A stretch of DNA of 64,000 bases from Deltaproteobacteria bacterium. Lineage in GTDB: Bacteria; Desulfobacterota; Dissulfuribacteria; Dissulfuribacterales; QOAL01. The translations under genes were made by a program, and so were the position numbers. A model generated the notes under the pieces. It saw only the letters and a program-made list of their open reading frames with translations, had not been told where the DNA came from and ran no database searches. Below, piece by piece: positions 1 through 10,038 of this stretch. How positions within the stretch are numbered: position 1 is the stretch's first letter; each line of letters opens with the position of its first letter. The DNA lies in the NCBI GenBank assembly GCA_015494395.1, contig WGBG01000068.1, forward strand, positions 34,079 through 98,078, given 5' to 3'.

Positions 1-39
1 AAAATATATTTTTCAGTGTTTCGTTTTGTGATATTTAAA

Positions 40-71
40 AGGAATTTTCACCGTAGATTCAGGAAATTCCT
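40..71 (-). terminator. possible hairpin terminator downstream of the sensor kinase gene
   Basis: 8-bp inverted repeat AGGAATTT (40-47) / AAATTCCT (64-71) with a 16-nt loop, followed on the minus strand by a T-rich run. It lies about 58 nt past the stop at 129. Confidence 0.3.
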
Positions 72-128
72 CAACGATAGATCTGATGCCATTGATAAGG
101 AAATTGTGTCATGGATAGGGAGGTGAAA

Positions 129-2276
129 TTACTTTTGTTCTGCGCGAAGGGCCTTTTTTACTGCTTCTGCCATTTTATAAATTGTGTAGGGTTTTTTTAT
201 GAACTCTGATGCACCAAGTTCAAGCGCTCTGTCCACCTCCGCTGTAGCTGAAAAACCGCTTGCAATAAGTGCCCGCATGCCGGGTTTGATTTTAAGCAGC
301 CGTTTGTAGGTTTCTGCCCCATTGATTCCCGGTGTCATTATCATGTCCAGTATTACAAGGTCCACATGGTTGTGTTTTACGTATTTCAGAGCCTCTTCAC
401 CTGATTCAACAGAATCTGCAACATATCCAAGTTCATGAAGCATGCTGGTTGCAAGGTCCCGCTGAACCTTTTCGTCATCAACAACAAGAATTTTCTCTCC
501 AGCCCCAGTTAGCCCTTCAATAGACTGTTCGTGCTGGTTGGTGATGATTTTTCCTCTTGATACCGGTAGATAAATCCTGAATGTGGTGCCTTGGTCAAGT
601 TCACTTTCAACATTTATGTAGCCCAGATGATCCTGAACCGCATTCCAAACCACTGCCAGCCCAAGACCGGTCCCGCTCCTTCCCATTACCTTTTTTGAGT
701 AGAACGGTTCAAATATTCGTTCAAGGTCTTTTCTGGGAATTCCCTGGCCACTGTCAGAAACAGAGAGCACAGCATATTCACCTGCTACCACTTTCTCATA
801 GCCTTTAATGGGTTTGTCAAGGTAGCAATTTTCTGTTGATACTGTCACATTGCCGTCAGGATCAGCGGCTTCCAGTGCATTGTTTATCAGGTTCATCAGA
901 ATCTTTTTTATGTGGATTTGAGAACACTTTACAGGTAGAAGTTCGGGATCCAGCCTGGTTTCAAGCCTCACTTGAGGGTGTTCAGACGTTGCTTGCATGT
1001 GTTCTGCAGAGGAAAGGTATTCCCTGATGATGACGTTCAGGTTGCATCTCTCCTTTTCAGTGGCAGTGCCCCGGGCTATGGTTAGAAGATCCGAAACAAT
1101 GGAGGCAGCTCTCTGGCCTGATTCCTTGATAGCCTTGAGGTGTTTCCGCATGGGATCGTCCTTTTTCATGTGCAGGAGGATGAGTTCAGGGTACCCTATA
1201 ATGCCGCTGAGTATGTTGTTAAGATCATGGGCCACCCCTCCTGCAAGCAGCCCCATTGCCTCCATTTTCTTTGCCCTCATAACCTGAGCTTGCAGTTCTT
1301 CTTTCTCTTTTTCGGCTTTAAGCCGCTCACTTAACTCCTTTTGCAGTTCCCATGTCTTGCAGTGGACCAGTCGTCTAAGGGAAATATTCCATGCCATGAA
1401 CAGCAGCAGTGTGATTAGTATCAAGGCACCGGCGCCCCAGATTACCATCTCTCTGGTGATTTCAAAATCTTTTCTTACCCCTACCCAGCGTTTCATGATG
1501 GCTGAGCGTTCTTCGGGCGTTATGGCGTCTATGGTCTTTTGGAGTATAGATTGGAGAATGGGTTCATTTAAGGCTACGGCCATTGAAAGGTCATAGATAA
1601 AACCGGTATCTTTATATATTTTGAGGTTTGTGATGCCCTCCTTTTCAATAAAATAGCTTGCAGATCCCAGGTTCAGGACCATAGCATCCACCCTTCCAAA
1701 GGAAACAAGTCTCAGACCGGTTGATATGTCCGGAACTACCACTAAATCAACTTCCGGATGTTTCTCCTTCATGAATTCGTGAGCAGCGTAGTTTCTGACT
1801 ACCGCTACTTGGAGACCTTTAAGCCCCCCCACTTTGGGGCGTTTTTTTATTTTTTCTCTTGTTATGACTACTGCCGGAAATTTTACAAATGCAGAGGTGA
1901 AGCGGACAAATTTTACCCTGTCTGAAGTGGGGGTAGCAGCGCTCAGCATGTCTGCCTCACCGGACTTTACCTTTTCAAGGCATTCATCCCAGTTTTTTAG
2001 GTGAAGAATCTGGAAACGAATAGGGAGTTTCTGCTCAATGAGTCTGATAAAATCGGCTGCAATGCCCTTATATAGTCCCTTTTGGTCAAAGAATTCTACT
2101 GGAGCAAAGTCCGGATCAGGAGCCACCCTAACAACTGGATGTGCCTTGAGCCATGCCCTTTCCGTGTGGTTAAAAGGTATATCTGTGTCAACTGCAAATG
2201 CAGGAGTGGCTACAAAATATAGTAGCAACATCTGTATGGTGACCGATAATACTGTTTTGAATATCAGTGGTATCAT
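129..2276 (-). CDS. hybrid sensor histidine kinase / response regulator with a periplasmic solute-binding domain
   Basis: 715-aa ORF. It has an N-terminal signal/TM segment, a periplasmic SBP_bac_3-like region, a second TM and a coiled coil. It carries an H-box (GGVAHDLNNILSGI), ATPase G-boxes (GTGLGLAVV) and a C-terminal receiver (ILVVDDE...DLVILDMIMTPGINGAE...K). Confidence 0.85.
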   Translation of the reverse strand: MIPLIFKTVLSVTIQMLLLYFVATPAFAVDTDIPFNHTERAWLKAHPVVRVAPDPDFAPVEFFDQKGLYKGIAADFIRLIEQKLPIRFQILHLKNWDECLEKVKSGEADMLSAATPTSDRVKFVRFTSAFVKFPAVVITREKIKKRPKVGGLKGLQVAVVRNYAAHEFMKEKHPEVDLVVVPDISTGLRLVSFGRVDAMVLNLGSASYFIEKEGITNLKIYKDTGFIYDLSMAVALNEPILQSILQKTIDAITPEERSAIMKRWVGVRKDFEITREMVIWGAGALILITLLLFMAWNISLRRLVHCKTWELQKELSERLKAEKEKEELQAQVMRAKKMEAMGLLAGGVAHDLNNILSGIIGYPELILLHMKKDDPMRKHLKAIKESGQRAASIVSDLLTIARGTATEKERCNLNVIIREYLSSAEHMQATSEHPQVRLETRLDPELLPVKCSQIHIKKILMNLINNALEAADPDGNVTVSTENCYLDKPIKGYEKVVAGEYAVLSVSDSGQGIPRKDLERIFEPFYSKKVMGRSGTGLGLAVVWNAVQDHLGYINVESELDQGTTFRIYLPVSRGKIITNQHEQSIEGLTGAGEKILVVDDEKVQRDLATSMLHELGYVADSVESGEEALKYVKHNHVDLVILDMIMTPGINGAETYKRLLKIKPGMRALIASGFSATAEVDRALELGASEFIKKPYTIYKMAEAVKKALRAEQK

Positions 2277-2591
2277 TCCGGACCGTGGCAGTATGAGATT
2301 ATGTTAATGCTCGATTAATATGTATGATGGTTAGCGTGGTTTTCAAAGTAGTGTTTGAGGAGTGATTGGTGTACATGAGATGTTAATTTTATCTGGATTC
2401 AGGTCCAGCCTATACATATTATATCGGGTTCAGAGGCAGGAACATTAACAGTTATGCTAAATAGAAATTTTATTTCATATGCCTGAAGAAATGTTGTGAC
2501 ACATTTACGACTGGTAAAGGTTTTAGAAGTCATTGTTTTGATATGCGCGATTGACAGTATACCCCAATACATCTCTGAACGTACGGTCAAG

Positions 2592-2820
2592 GTAACTGTT
2601 CAGCGTACTTATGTTAATAAAAGGTTGGTAAATGGTCTTGTTTTTCCGTTCCGGTGAACAATTTCTTGTTTTTCTAAGGCTTGCTACGCCAAAATCGCGA
2701 AACTCGCTGGTCCCTCGCTTAGACAGACGTGATTTTTGTGGCTTCGCTTCGCCAAGAAAAACTACAAAATTGTTCAAAGTCACTCCAAAAACAAGACCAT
2801 TTACCACGCTGAATAGATAC
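2592..2820 (+). mobile_element. MITE family 1, copy 1 (229 bp)
   Basis: Termini GTAACTGTTCAGCG...CGCTGAATAGATAC and subterminal inverted repeat GGTAAATGGTCTTGTTTT/AAAACAAGACCATTTACC. Flanking 8-mers CGGTCAAG/GGGCCAAG match 6/8, a degraded target-site duplication. Confidence 0.85.
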
Positions 2821-2947
2821 GGGCCAAGTAGATAAAAAGAAACCAGTTGCAAAATCTTAAAATTCCTAATACGAACCCTTTTGGAATATATTAATGCACT
2901 GATCAGTTACCACATTCCTTCCAAATACGGAGCAGACGAAAAGTTAA

Positions 2948-4117
2948 ATGGAACAGTCAAACGGTCATGATGACCAGTCACATATACCGGAAATATCAGT
3001 TGGTATCGTGGTAGATGCCTCGGAGCAACAAATTCTGGCCGCTCAATGTGGCCTGTTGTGCCAAAGTCTTGAAGAAGAGCTGAAAGCAAGGTTTCCCATG
3101 TTCGCATGGCAGCTTAAATTGCTTGTGCGTCATGATTTCCCGCAGTGTCGCCCAAGGGACCCGCTTGAAATACTGGAGTTTATCTCAGATCTTAAAATAG
3201 AATCTGCCCTGGACTTCGTGCTTGGCATTACGGCAATTCGTCTTGTTGCAAGGTTTGAGCAGGCAACTGATGCCGTTCCCTCTAACATGCTTGAGGCAGG
3301 GGTGATTTCAATATCCCGTCTCCTTGAAATGGAAGACAGGCAGCAGGCTCTTCAGGCAATGCTGGGCCTGTGCCGGCATGTGTTGGGACACTTGTGGGGG
3401 CTTGAGCACAGCGATGACTCTGTGATGCGTCCACGGGAGTTCTGGACAGCAGACCTTCCCAGGGACTGGAGCCAGGATGAAATTGAGCAGATATCTCATT
3501 ATCTTTATTCAATAGCTGATCCAAGGCTTGAAGAGACCCAGGGTGCAGCCAAAACGCCATTGAAATTTTATCTTCAGGTGCTTGCCCGCGAGGGGTGGAA
3601 CATTGGTGCTGACATCCTGTTTTCCAGGGGATGGCTTATGATGCTCAGGCTGGGAAGGTTTACTGCTGCAACTGCCGTATCAATCATATTCCTGTTTTTA
3701 AGTGCTGAGGCATGGGAGATGGGCGCGGCTATCCAGTCCAGGTGGCTTAATATTGTTCTTGCTGCAGTAATTCTTGCATCAACATTATCCCTTTATTTTG
3801 GACAAAATCTCCATACAATAGGACGGGCAGACAGGATGATGGAGCAGTCTGTTCGTTCCAAGATTGTACTGATGGGTACACTGTTGGCAGGAATGACCTC
3901 ATTCTGGATAAATCTGTTTATTATTTCACTAGTGATAATATTTGTCCTTCCGGATACAGTCTTGCTGGGCTGGGCAGGAATCAGGGACGGAGGACTCCCT
4001 ATGTTTCACTTTGCAAAGCTTATGGCCACCTTTGGCATAGTGGCATCAGCTCTTGGGGGTAATCTGGAGGAGGAGCATGATCTCAAGGCAGTGCTGATAT
4101 ATACTGAGGAGACCTGA
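2948..4117 (+). CDS. membrane protein with an N-terminal archaemetzincin (peptidase M54)-like domain that lacks the catalytic Glu
   Basis: 389-aa ORF. The motif HVLGHLWGLEHSDDSVM matches the metzincin HExxHxxGxxH plus Met-turn pattern, with Val in place of Glu. DFVLGIT and GVISISRL blocks lie upstream of it. The C-terminal half contains 4-5 predicted TM helices. Confidence 0.6.
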   Translation: MEQSNGHDDQSHIPEISVGIVVDASEQQILAAQCGLLCQSLEEELKARFPMFAWQLKLLVRHDFPQCRPRDPLEILEFISDLKIESALDFVLGITAIRLVARFEQATDAVPSNMLEAGVISISRLLEMEDRQQALQAMLGLCRHVLGHLWGLEHSDDSVMRPREFWTADLPRDWSQDEIEQISHYLYSIADPRLEETQGAAKTPLKFYLQVLAREGWNIGADILFSRGWLMMLRLGRFTAATAVSIIFLFLSAEAWEMGAAIQSRWLNIVLAAVILASTLSLYFGQNLHTIGRADRMMEQSVRSKIVLMGTLLAGMTSFWINLFIISLVIIFVLPDTVLLGWAGIRDGGLPMFHFAKLMATFGIVASALGGNLEEEHDLKAVLIYTEET

Positions 4118-4119
4118 TT

Positions 4120-5034
4120 ATGCCGCCACTTTTTTATGCAAAGAAACAGGAGAGCTTCTTTCTTGGGGATGCCTTCAACTATTTTATGATGGCCACCATA
4201 GTTATCAGCTCTGCTGCGCTGGTGCTGAATACCGAGCCCCAGATTTCTCAGCGTTACGGTCTGCTTCTGGAGGCTGTTGAGGGGATAACCTGTCTGGTCT
4301 TTATGGCAGAATATTTTGCCAGGCTCTATGTGGCAGGAAGAGACAGGATAGGCATGACGCCTGTGCAGGGCCGTTTGGGGTATGGGTTCTCCCTGATGGG
4401 CATAGTTGATCTGCTCTCTTTTCTGCCTTCACTGTTCATCCTTGCCGGTGTCAAAACGACTCCGATGCTCCTGAGCCTTCAGCTTCTCAGGCTGGTAAAG
4501 CTTACCCGATATTCGGTGGCGTTTGATCTTCTTGCAGATGTGCTGAAGGATGAGGCACAGTCTCTGATTGTTTCTTTTGTCCTCATGGTAATCATGCTTA
4601 TATTTGCCTCTGTGGGAATTTACGCCTTTGAGCACGAGGTTCAGCCACGGGCATTTGGGTCCATACCAAGCGCAATGTGGTGGGCAATAGTAACTCTTAC
4701 AACAGTGGGTTATGGCGATGTGACACCAGTAACCGCAGAGGGCAAAATATTTGCGACATTAATCACTGTGATAGGAGTCGGGCTGGTATCACTGCCTGCA
4801 GGTATCATTGCCTCTGGTTTTACAGAGCAGCTAAGGATGCGGCGCACACAGTTTCAGGCCGAGGTGGAAGAATTGATACATGATGACGGAGAACTGTCCA
4901 ACGAGGATATGGGTGTTCTTGAACGTGACAGAAAGGAGCTTGGCATCAACAGGGGTAAGGCAGAACTTATCATTAAACAGGTACGCCAGAGGGAGCAAAG
5001 AAGGGTGCACAGAGAGGGGGATGCAGGCAAGTAA
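4120..5034 (+). CDS. 6-TM voltage-gated-type potassium channel
   Basis: 304-aa ORF with the selectivity filter TTVGYGD and an S4-like helix LRLVKLTRY (R/K at every third position). Its start lies 2 nt after the upstream stop, which suggests translational coupling. Confidence 0.85.
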   Translation: MPPLFYAKKQESFFLGDAFNYFMMATIVISSAALVLNTEPQISQRYGLLLEAVEGITCLVFMAEYFARLYVAGRDRIGMTPVQGRLGYGFSLMGIVDLLSFLPSLFILAGVKTTPMLLSLQLLRLVKLTRYSVAFDLLADVLKDEAQSLIVSFVLMVIMLIFASVGIYAFEHEVQPRAFGSIPSAMWWAIVTLTTVGYGDVTPVTAEGKIFATLITVIGVGLVSLPAGIIASGFTEQLRMRRTQFQAEVEELIHDDGELSNEDMGVLERDRKELGINRGKAELIIKQVRQREQRRVHREGDAGK

Positions 5035-5039
5035 AAAAA

Positions 5040-5067
5040 TCCCGCAGGCCATTTCAGGCCCGCGGGA
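5040..5067 (-). terminator. GC-rich hairpin terminator between convergent genes
   Basis: TCCCGC(A)GGCC / GGCC(C)GCGGGA stem (5040-5050 / 5057-5067). It is flanked by A7 at 5033-5039, which reads as a T-run on the minus strand, downstream of the 5085..6029 gene. Confidence 0.6.
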
Positions 5068-5084
5068 CTCAGAAAGATCAGGAA

Positions 5085-6029
5085 CTAAGATGAAGTTGAA
5101 CCGGAAGCCAAGAGTTTCTTCTTGAACTCACTTAATTTTTTCATGAGCTCCTCAAACATCTTTGCTGCCTTGTTCTTACCCTTTATCTCTGTCTTTATGG
5201 CATCTATACGGTCCTGCAGGTCCTTGTAGATCTTGGGATCATCCTTGCCGTAGCCCAAAAGTTTTGCAATTTCAAGTTGTTTCTTGGCGTTGTCAAGATA
5301 TTTGAGTGCCTGTTCCCTGTTTGGCGATGCGGTCTTTGACGCCTCTTCAATCAGGTCAGCGGCCCTTACCAGGGGGAGAGGTATTATTATCTTTTTGATT
5401 ACCAGGGAGTTTAGGGCAACGGTCAGAACGCTCTTGGCCTCATCAAGTTTTTTATCAATTATATACTTTGAGGCAAGTTTCATGGCATCCGGATAGGTGG
5501 CCAGCGGCAGGTTTTCAATTATGATGTCTATCTCACTCTGGAGTGTATCAAGAAGAAGCCGCGCCTCCTGTACATTTCCCTTGTTAAGCATCTTCTTGAC
5601 TTTGCTGATGGCTGTTGAAATCTCTTCAGGTGACATATCGGTGTCCATGGCCACGGTGTAGCTGTTTACCGGTACAAGGGATATGTCCTTGTTGGCTGCC
5701 AGGATAACCTCCAGCTCACCAATTACCTTTTTAAGCTGTTCAAGTGCCTGGTCGGCTTTTTTCTGGTTAAGCAGGTCAACAACCTTGTATGTATCGGCCA
5801 CTGCCTGAACAGCCTTCAGGTTCAGTTCCTGTTTGAGTGCCTCAGCCTTTTTCTTTTCTTTTGCCATTGAGCCGCTTGTGACCTGTTTAGAACTCTTTAG
5901 CTTGGCCTTATGGTGCTGAGCTTGATGTGTGTTTGCCGCCAGGCAGCTCCCGGCAGGCATGCTCATCAGGCACGCTCCAATAATGATGAAAGCCCAGAAT
6001 CCCGCATTTAATTTGTGTTTTAAAAACAT
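5085..6029 (-). CDS. secreted helical protein, possibly YfdX family
   Basis: 314-aa ORF with an N-terminal signal peptide and a Lys/Glu-rich helical repeat body. The YfdX resemblance is recalled from memory, not computed. Confidence 0.4.
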   Translation of the reverse strand: MFLKHKLNAGFWAFIIIGACLMSMPAGSCLAANTHQAQHHKAKLKSSKQVTSGSMAKEKKKAEALKQELNLKAVQAVADTYKVVDLLNQKKADQALEQLKKVIGELEVILAANKDISLVPVNSYTVAMDTDMSPEEISTAISKVKKMLNKGNVQEARLLLDTLQSEIDIIIENLPLATYPDAMKLASKYIIDKKLDEAKSVLTVALNSLVIKKIIIPLPLVRAADLIEEASKTASPNREQALKYLDNAKKQLEIAKLLGYGKDDPKIYKDLQDRIDAIKTEIKGKNKAAKMFEELMKKLSEFKKKLLASGSTSS

Positions 6030-6795
6030 TGCTTTAACCTCCTTTTTTCTTGCAATCCTAAACTTGTGTCAACATTCTATAAAAGTCGTGTTAACGATGA
6101 TTTTCACGTAACTCTGCCATTGAAACATAGAGTATGTGATGATTTTGTAAAAAAACGGATGATACTTACTACAAAAATGTGAACCAGGTTCGTATTAAAC
6201 AATTAGACAGCTTTGGAGAAAGTCAATAGAGGTGGGTAATATTTTTTATCAAAGGCAAATTTCGGGGCACAGGTCATGTTTGTTTCATCAGGTCGCTTTC
6301 TTGTGAAAATAAAGGCGTGCTCAGTCAACGTGCTGCGGCTCTGTAATTTTTGATCCTAGAAATGGCATGAGGTCTATAGGACGTCCCGTTCAGGTTTTCT
6401 CACCCAATCCCCCCCAAAAAAACACAAATCCGTGCAATAAGCTGAAAAGACGCGACAAAGCGATACTGTTCGCCGCTGAACAGTCATTTTTCCATTAATA
6501 TTTGCTCTTAATCTTCCGACAAGAAAAACAAGATATCTGTCGGATGATAGGAAATGCATTGAACTTCATGGCTGTTATGTATGCGTGTAAGGGATATAAC
6601 GGACGAATTTTACGGCATTTATTATATCAAGACAGAGCATGCAGTATCAATAAACTTACTATCATAAAAGAACGTCTGGATTTCGTTCAGACTTTTTATG
6701 AAAGGAGTTGGTGTTTTGATTTACAGATGCAACAGGAAATTCACAGGGCGATAGTCGCTCACAATTTGGAAAGATAAAATTCAGGGAGGATATTT

Positions 6796-7293
6796 ATGCT
6801 GCAGAATTTTCTATTTTCAATGAAAAGGATCAGGGGCAGACAGATATTGGCAGGCGCTGTCTGTGCCACCTGCATACTTCTTACACAGACGTCATTAGCA
6901 GAAAACCGCTATGTGGGATCAGAGGCATGCAGAGACTGTCATGAAGAGGCTTATGAAAATTTTACAAAATTTGCCAAAAAGGCCCATTCGTTTGAGGCAA
7001 TAAAAAAGATGCGTGATCACCTGACTGCTGAAGAAGTCAAAACGTGTTATGGCTGCCACACCACAGGTTATGGAGAGCCAGGCGGCTTCAGAGATGAAAA
7101 TAGTACCCCTGACATGGCAAACGCCGGTTGTGAGGTCTGCCATGGCCCAGGTGGAAATCATATAGAATCTGAGGATGCTGATGACATCATTGGTATAGGA
7201 AGACTCAACAAGGACAGGTGTGAAAAATGCCATTCCCGGGAGCGGGTAGAGGCATTTAACTTTAAACCACTTCTTCACGGAGGCGCCCACTGA
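6796..7293 (+). CDS. periplasmic tetrahaem cytochrome c
   Basis: 165-aa ORF with a signal peptide and four CxxCH motifs (CRDCH, CYGCH, CEVCH, CEKCH). A GGAGG RBS lies upstream. Confidence 0.85.
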   Translation: MLQNFLFSMKRIRGRQILAGAVCATCILLTQTSLAENRYVGSEACRDCHEEAYENFTKFAKKAHSFEAIKKMRDHLTAEEVKTCYGCHTTGYGEPGGFRDENSTPDMANAGCEVCHGPGGNHIESEDADDIIGIGRLNKDRCEKCHSRERVEAFNFKPLLHGGAH

Positions 7294-7312
7294 AATCAGG
7301 GAGAGTTACGGT

Positions 7313-9076
7313 ATGGAAATGTTACGTAAAATTACGCTTGTCAGAGGCATGAAAATAAGGATTCTCGGCCCGGTGATATTCTTTTTCCTGGCAGGAACCA
7401 TAGTTATGCTGGCTCTGCACTACTATGCCATGGATCACATCAGCAAGGAAAACAGTAGCAACCAGGCAAATATGGCGCTGGACGCTGTTTATGAAGCCAT
7501 CGTCTATCCAATGACAGTTGGCGATGATGAAGGGGTAGAGCGGATTGTAAAGGGCATGAGAGAACATATCTCTGTCTTTATTGTGGATGATGAGGGGGTT
7601 GTTTCATATGGACCGGATGAATCATCCAAGGGCACGGAACTTTGGGGGATGTTGCCTTCAAAAGTAGCAGAAAGTGGGCGTAAAGCCATTGCTGAAGGCA
7701 ACTCCAATTCCATTATTGAAATAGTAAAGGAAGGTGACACGGGAACTCTTTTTGGAATGCACGTGCTCAAAAATGAAAAGGCGTGCTTCCACTGTCACGG
7801 TCAGTCAAAGGCTGTACTTGGAGCCATTCTGGTCGAGAGAGATGTATCAGACATCGTGGCGGCTGAGAATCAGAGCATGATTAATATTGTAGGCATTGTG
7901 GCTGCCCTGATAGCACTTGCCATACCGGTCCTTGTATGGATTCTTAATAAAATCGCCATCAATCCAATAAAAGATCTATCTTCAAGGCTCAAGGAGCTTG
8001 CAACAGGTGAGGCAGACCTTAGAAAACAGATTGAAGTGGTGTCTGTTGACTGTTCAAAGGAAATGGACTGTGGCAAGCCAGATTGTCCTTGTTATGGTAA
8101 GGAATCGCATTGCTGGTATGAGGCAGGAAGCTATGCCACGGAAGTACACTGTCCGAAAATACTAACTGGCACATACAAAAGCTGCGATGAATGTCACCTG
8201 TATAAACAGGCCATTGCCACAGAGGTTGATGAGGTATCCACGTTCATAAATGCATTTATCGTAAGGATAAGAGACTTGGTAGCCAAGGTCAGCAATAATG
8301 CCAGTGACGTAGGCAGAGAGGCGGATCATGTACTGGACGAGGCTAAGAATATGTCAGAGGCCGCATCTCTTACAAAGACTCAGGCTACTGAGCTAGCAAG
8401 TTCAGCCGAAATGACCAGTGATATGGTAAATGGCGTAATACATGCCATGGAAGAGATGAATGCAACGGTGGCAGAGATCGCACAGAATACCAGTCAGTCT
8501 AGAATTGTTGCTGTGGAGGCCAGTGAAAAGGCAGAGGGTGCCTCAAATGTCATAGAAGAGCTGAGTAACGCATCGGACAAAATCGGGGAGATCAGTCAGT
8601 TAATTGGCTCCATTGCAGAGCAGACCAACTTACTTGCCCTGAATGCAACCATTGAGGCAGCTCGTGCTGGAGAGGCAGGCAAGGGATTTGCCGTTGTTGC
8701 CAACGAGATCAAGGAACTTGCCAAACAGACAGGCGATTCAGTCACAGGCATCAACGAGAGCGTGACCGGTCTCAAGAGCGGAGTTGACAGCGCAATTGGT
8801 GCCATTACTGAAATAGTGGATGTGATAAGACAGATATCTGATATGTCTGATACCATCGCCGTGGCAGTGGAAGAACAGACAGCCACTACCAGTGAACTCA
8901 GCACCAATGCACAGAATACCGGCGAGACAGTAGCGCATATGGCAGCGATGATTCAGAAAATTACTGCTGCCAGTGAGCAGTCTGATGCAGGTGCAAAGCA
9001 GGTAAAACAGTCTGCTGAAGAGCTGAAAAAACTATACGCAAGGCTTGATGAATTACTGCATGAATTCAAGGTTTGA
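7313..9076 (+). CDS. methyl-accepting chemotaxis protein with a periplasmic CxxCH motif and a cytoplasmic Cys-rich insert
   Basis: 587-aa ORF. Two TM segments bracket a periplasmic domain containing CFHCH (7784-7798). A HAMP-like segment follows, then an 8-Cys module (8051-8206). The C-terminus is a canonical MCP signalling domain ([31 protein letters not shown]). Confidence 0.85.
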   Translation: MEMLRKITLVRGMKIRILGPVIFFFLAGTIVMLALHYYAMDHISKENSSNQANMALDAVYEAIVYPMTVGDDEGVERIVKGMREHISVFIVDDEGVVSYGPDESSKGTELWGMLPSKVAESGRKAIAEGNSNSIIEIVKEGDTGTLFGMHVLKNEKACFHCHGQSKAVLGAILVERDVSDIVAAENQSMINIVGIVAALIALAIPVLVWILNKIAINPIKDLSSRLKELATGEADLRKQIEVVSVDCSKEMDCGKPDCPCYGKESHCWYEAGSYATEVHCPKILTGTYKSCDECHLYKQAIATEVDEVSTFINAFIVRIRDLVAKVSNNASDVGREADHVLDEAKNMSEAASLTKTQATELASSAEMTSDMVNGVIHAMEEMNATVAEIAQNTSQSRIVAVEASEKAEGASNVIEELSNASDKIGEISQLIGSIAEQTNLLALNATIEAARAGEAGKGFAVVANEIKELAKQTGDSVTGINESVTGLKSGVDSAIGAITEIVDVIRQISDMSDTIAVAVEEQTATTSELSTNAQNTGETVAHMAAMIQKITAASEQSDAGAKQVKQSAEELKKLYARLDELLHEFKV

Positions 9077-9108
9077 ACCAGGTTAGATAACTTAGATAAC
9101 CTAGATAG

Positions 9109-9143
9109 GCCGGTGAATACAGATGGACTCACCGGCTTTTTTT
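9109..9143 (+). terminator. rho-independent terminator after the MCP gene
   Basis: GCCGGTGA (9109-9116) / TCACCGGC (9129-9136) stem, 12-nt loop, then T7 at 9137-9143. Confidence 0.8.
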
Positions 9144-9216
9144 GTGTTTTGCTTAATTGTTACTCAGGCAGTTTTCGTGGATTTTTGTGAAGTTTTAAAT
9201 TACAGTAAAGTAATTT

Positions 9217-9442
9217 GTAACTGTTCAGCGTACTTATGTTAATGAAGGTTGGTAAATGGTCGTATTTTTCCGTTCCGGAGAGCAATTTCTTGTTTTTCTA
9301 AGGCTTGCTCCGCCAAAATTGCGAAACTCGCTCGTCCCTTGCTCAGACAGACGCGATTTTATGGCTGCGCTTCGCCAAGAAAAACTAAGAAATTGTTCAA
9401 AGTCACTCCAAAACAAGACCATTTACCACGCTGAATAGATAC
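9217..9442 (+). mobile_element. MITE family 1, copy 2 (226 bp)
   Basis: Same TIRs and internal palindrome as copy 1. Perfect 8-bp target-site duplication AGTAATTT at 9209-9216 and 9443-9450. Confidence 0.92.
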
Positions 9443-9486
9443 AGTAATTTTTGTTGTTTGAATACAACCCCTAACAGGAGAGGAAG

Positions 9487-9963
9487 ATGAAATTTTCTGA
9501 GGAGTGGGCGGTCCTGGATATTTATGAAAAATTTGAGAAGATTATCTGCGTCATACTGTCAGTAATGGTGGCAATGATCATCGTGTACGCCACATACAAG
9601 CTGGGGTATCACATTTTTGAACTGTTTGTGAAAAAGGGGTTTGACCCTGTGGAGCACAAGTCTTTCAAGGCGGTTTTCGGCATGATAATGGTGGTGCTGA
9701 TAGCCCTTGAGTTCAAACACTCCATTGTAAAGGTAATTGCTGACAACGAGAGTATAGTTCAGGTTAAAACTGTACTCCTTATCGCAATACTTGCCGTAAG
9801 CCGCAAGATGATAATCCTTGACCTTAAAGCCACGCCAGCCATCACAATTTTTGCCCTTTCCGCAGTGCTTCTGGCACTTGGTGTTGTGTACTGGCTTATG
9901 CGTGAACGTGATGACAGGCTTGCGGATGCCTGCAGGGAGCTTGAGGGGCGGGATGACAGTTGA
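9487..9963 (+). CDS. small 4-TM membrane protein, PsiE-like
   Basis: 158-aa ORF with four hydrophobic helices. Size and layout resemble phosphate-starvation-inducible PsiE family proteins. This is recall-based. Confidence 0.45.
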   Translation: MKFSEEWAVLDIYEKFEKIICVILSVMVAMIIVYATYKLGYHIFELFVKKGFDPVEHKSFKAVFGMIMVVLIALEFKHSIVKVIADNESIVQVKTVLLIAILAVSRKMIILDLKATPAITIFALSAVLLALGVVYWLMRERDDRLADACRELEGRDDS

Positions 9964-10038
9964 TGAACTGATAAATCCCGATACTTGAGGTGCTGTTTTT
10001 GGTATTGCTTGTAATTTCCTAAAATAAGGTATGTTTTT

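Noticed and set aside
2632-2835. ORFs of 60-67 aa ([18 protein letters not shown]...) recur inside MITE-1 copies, also at 9256-9438, 13024-13206 and 37611-37808, and on both strands.
   Set aside because: They start at the ATGGTCTTG of the subterminal inverted repeat, so they appear on both strands of a palindrome. Small indels shift the frame between copies (DFCGFASPRKTT vs DFMAALRQEKLR). Copies 4, 5 and 7 do not keep the frame. Conservation is at the nucleotide level, not the protein level.
6030-6795. A 765-bp gene-free, AT-rich region, including a 91-aa ORF at 6502-6777, as a possible ncRNA or small-protein locus.
   Set aside because: I recognise no riboswitch or sRNA core, no convincing RBS for the 91-aa ORF, and no motif in its translation. 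It is most simply a divergent promoter region for the cytochrome/MCP operon. RNA-seq would settle it.
9082-9109. Three tandem 9-mers (TTAGATAAC, TTAGATAAC, CTAGATAGG) right after the MCP stop. The last one resembles the first 7 nt of the MITE-2 TIR.
   Set aside because: The array is very short and abuts the terminator stem. The 7-nt similarity to the TIR is within chance expectation, and there is no second TIR or duplication.
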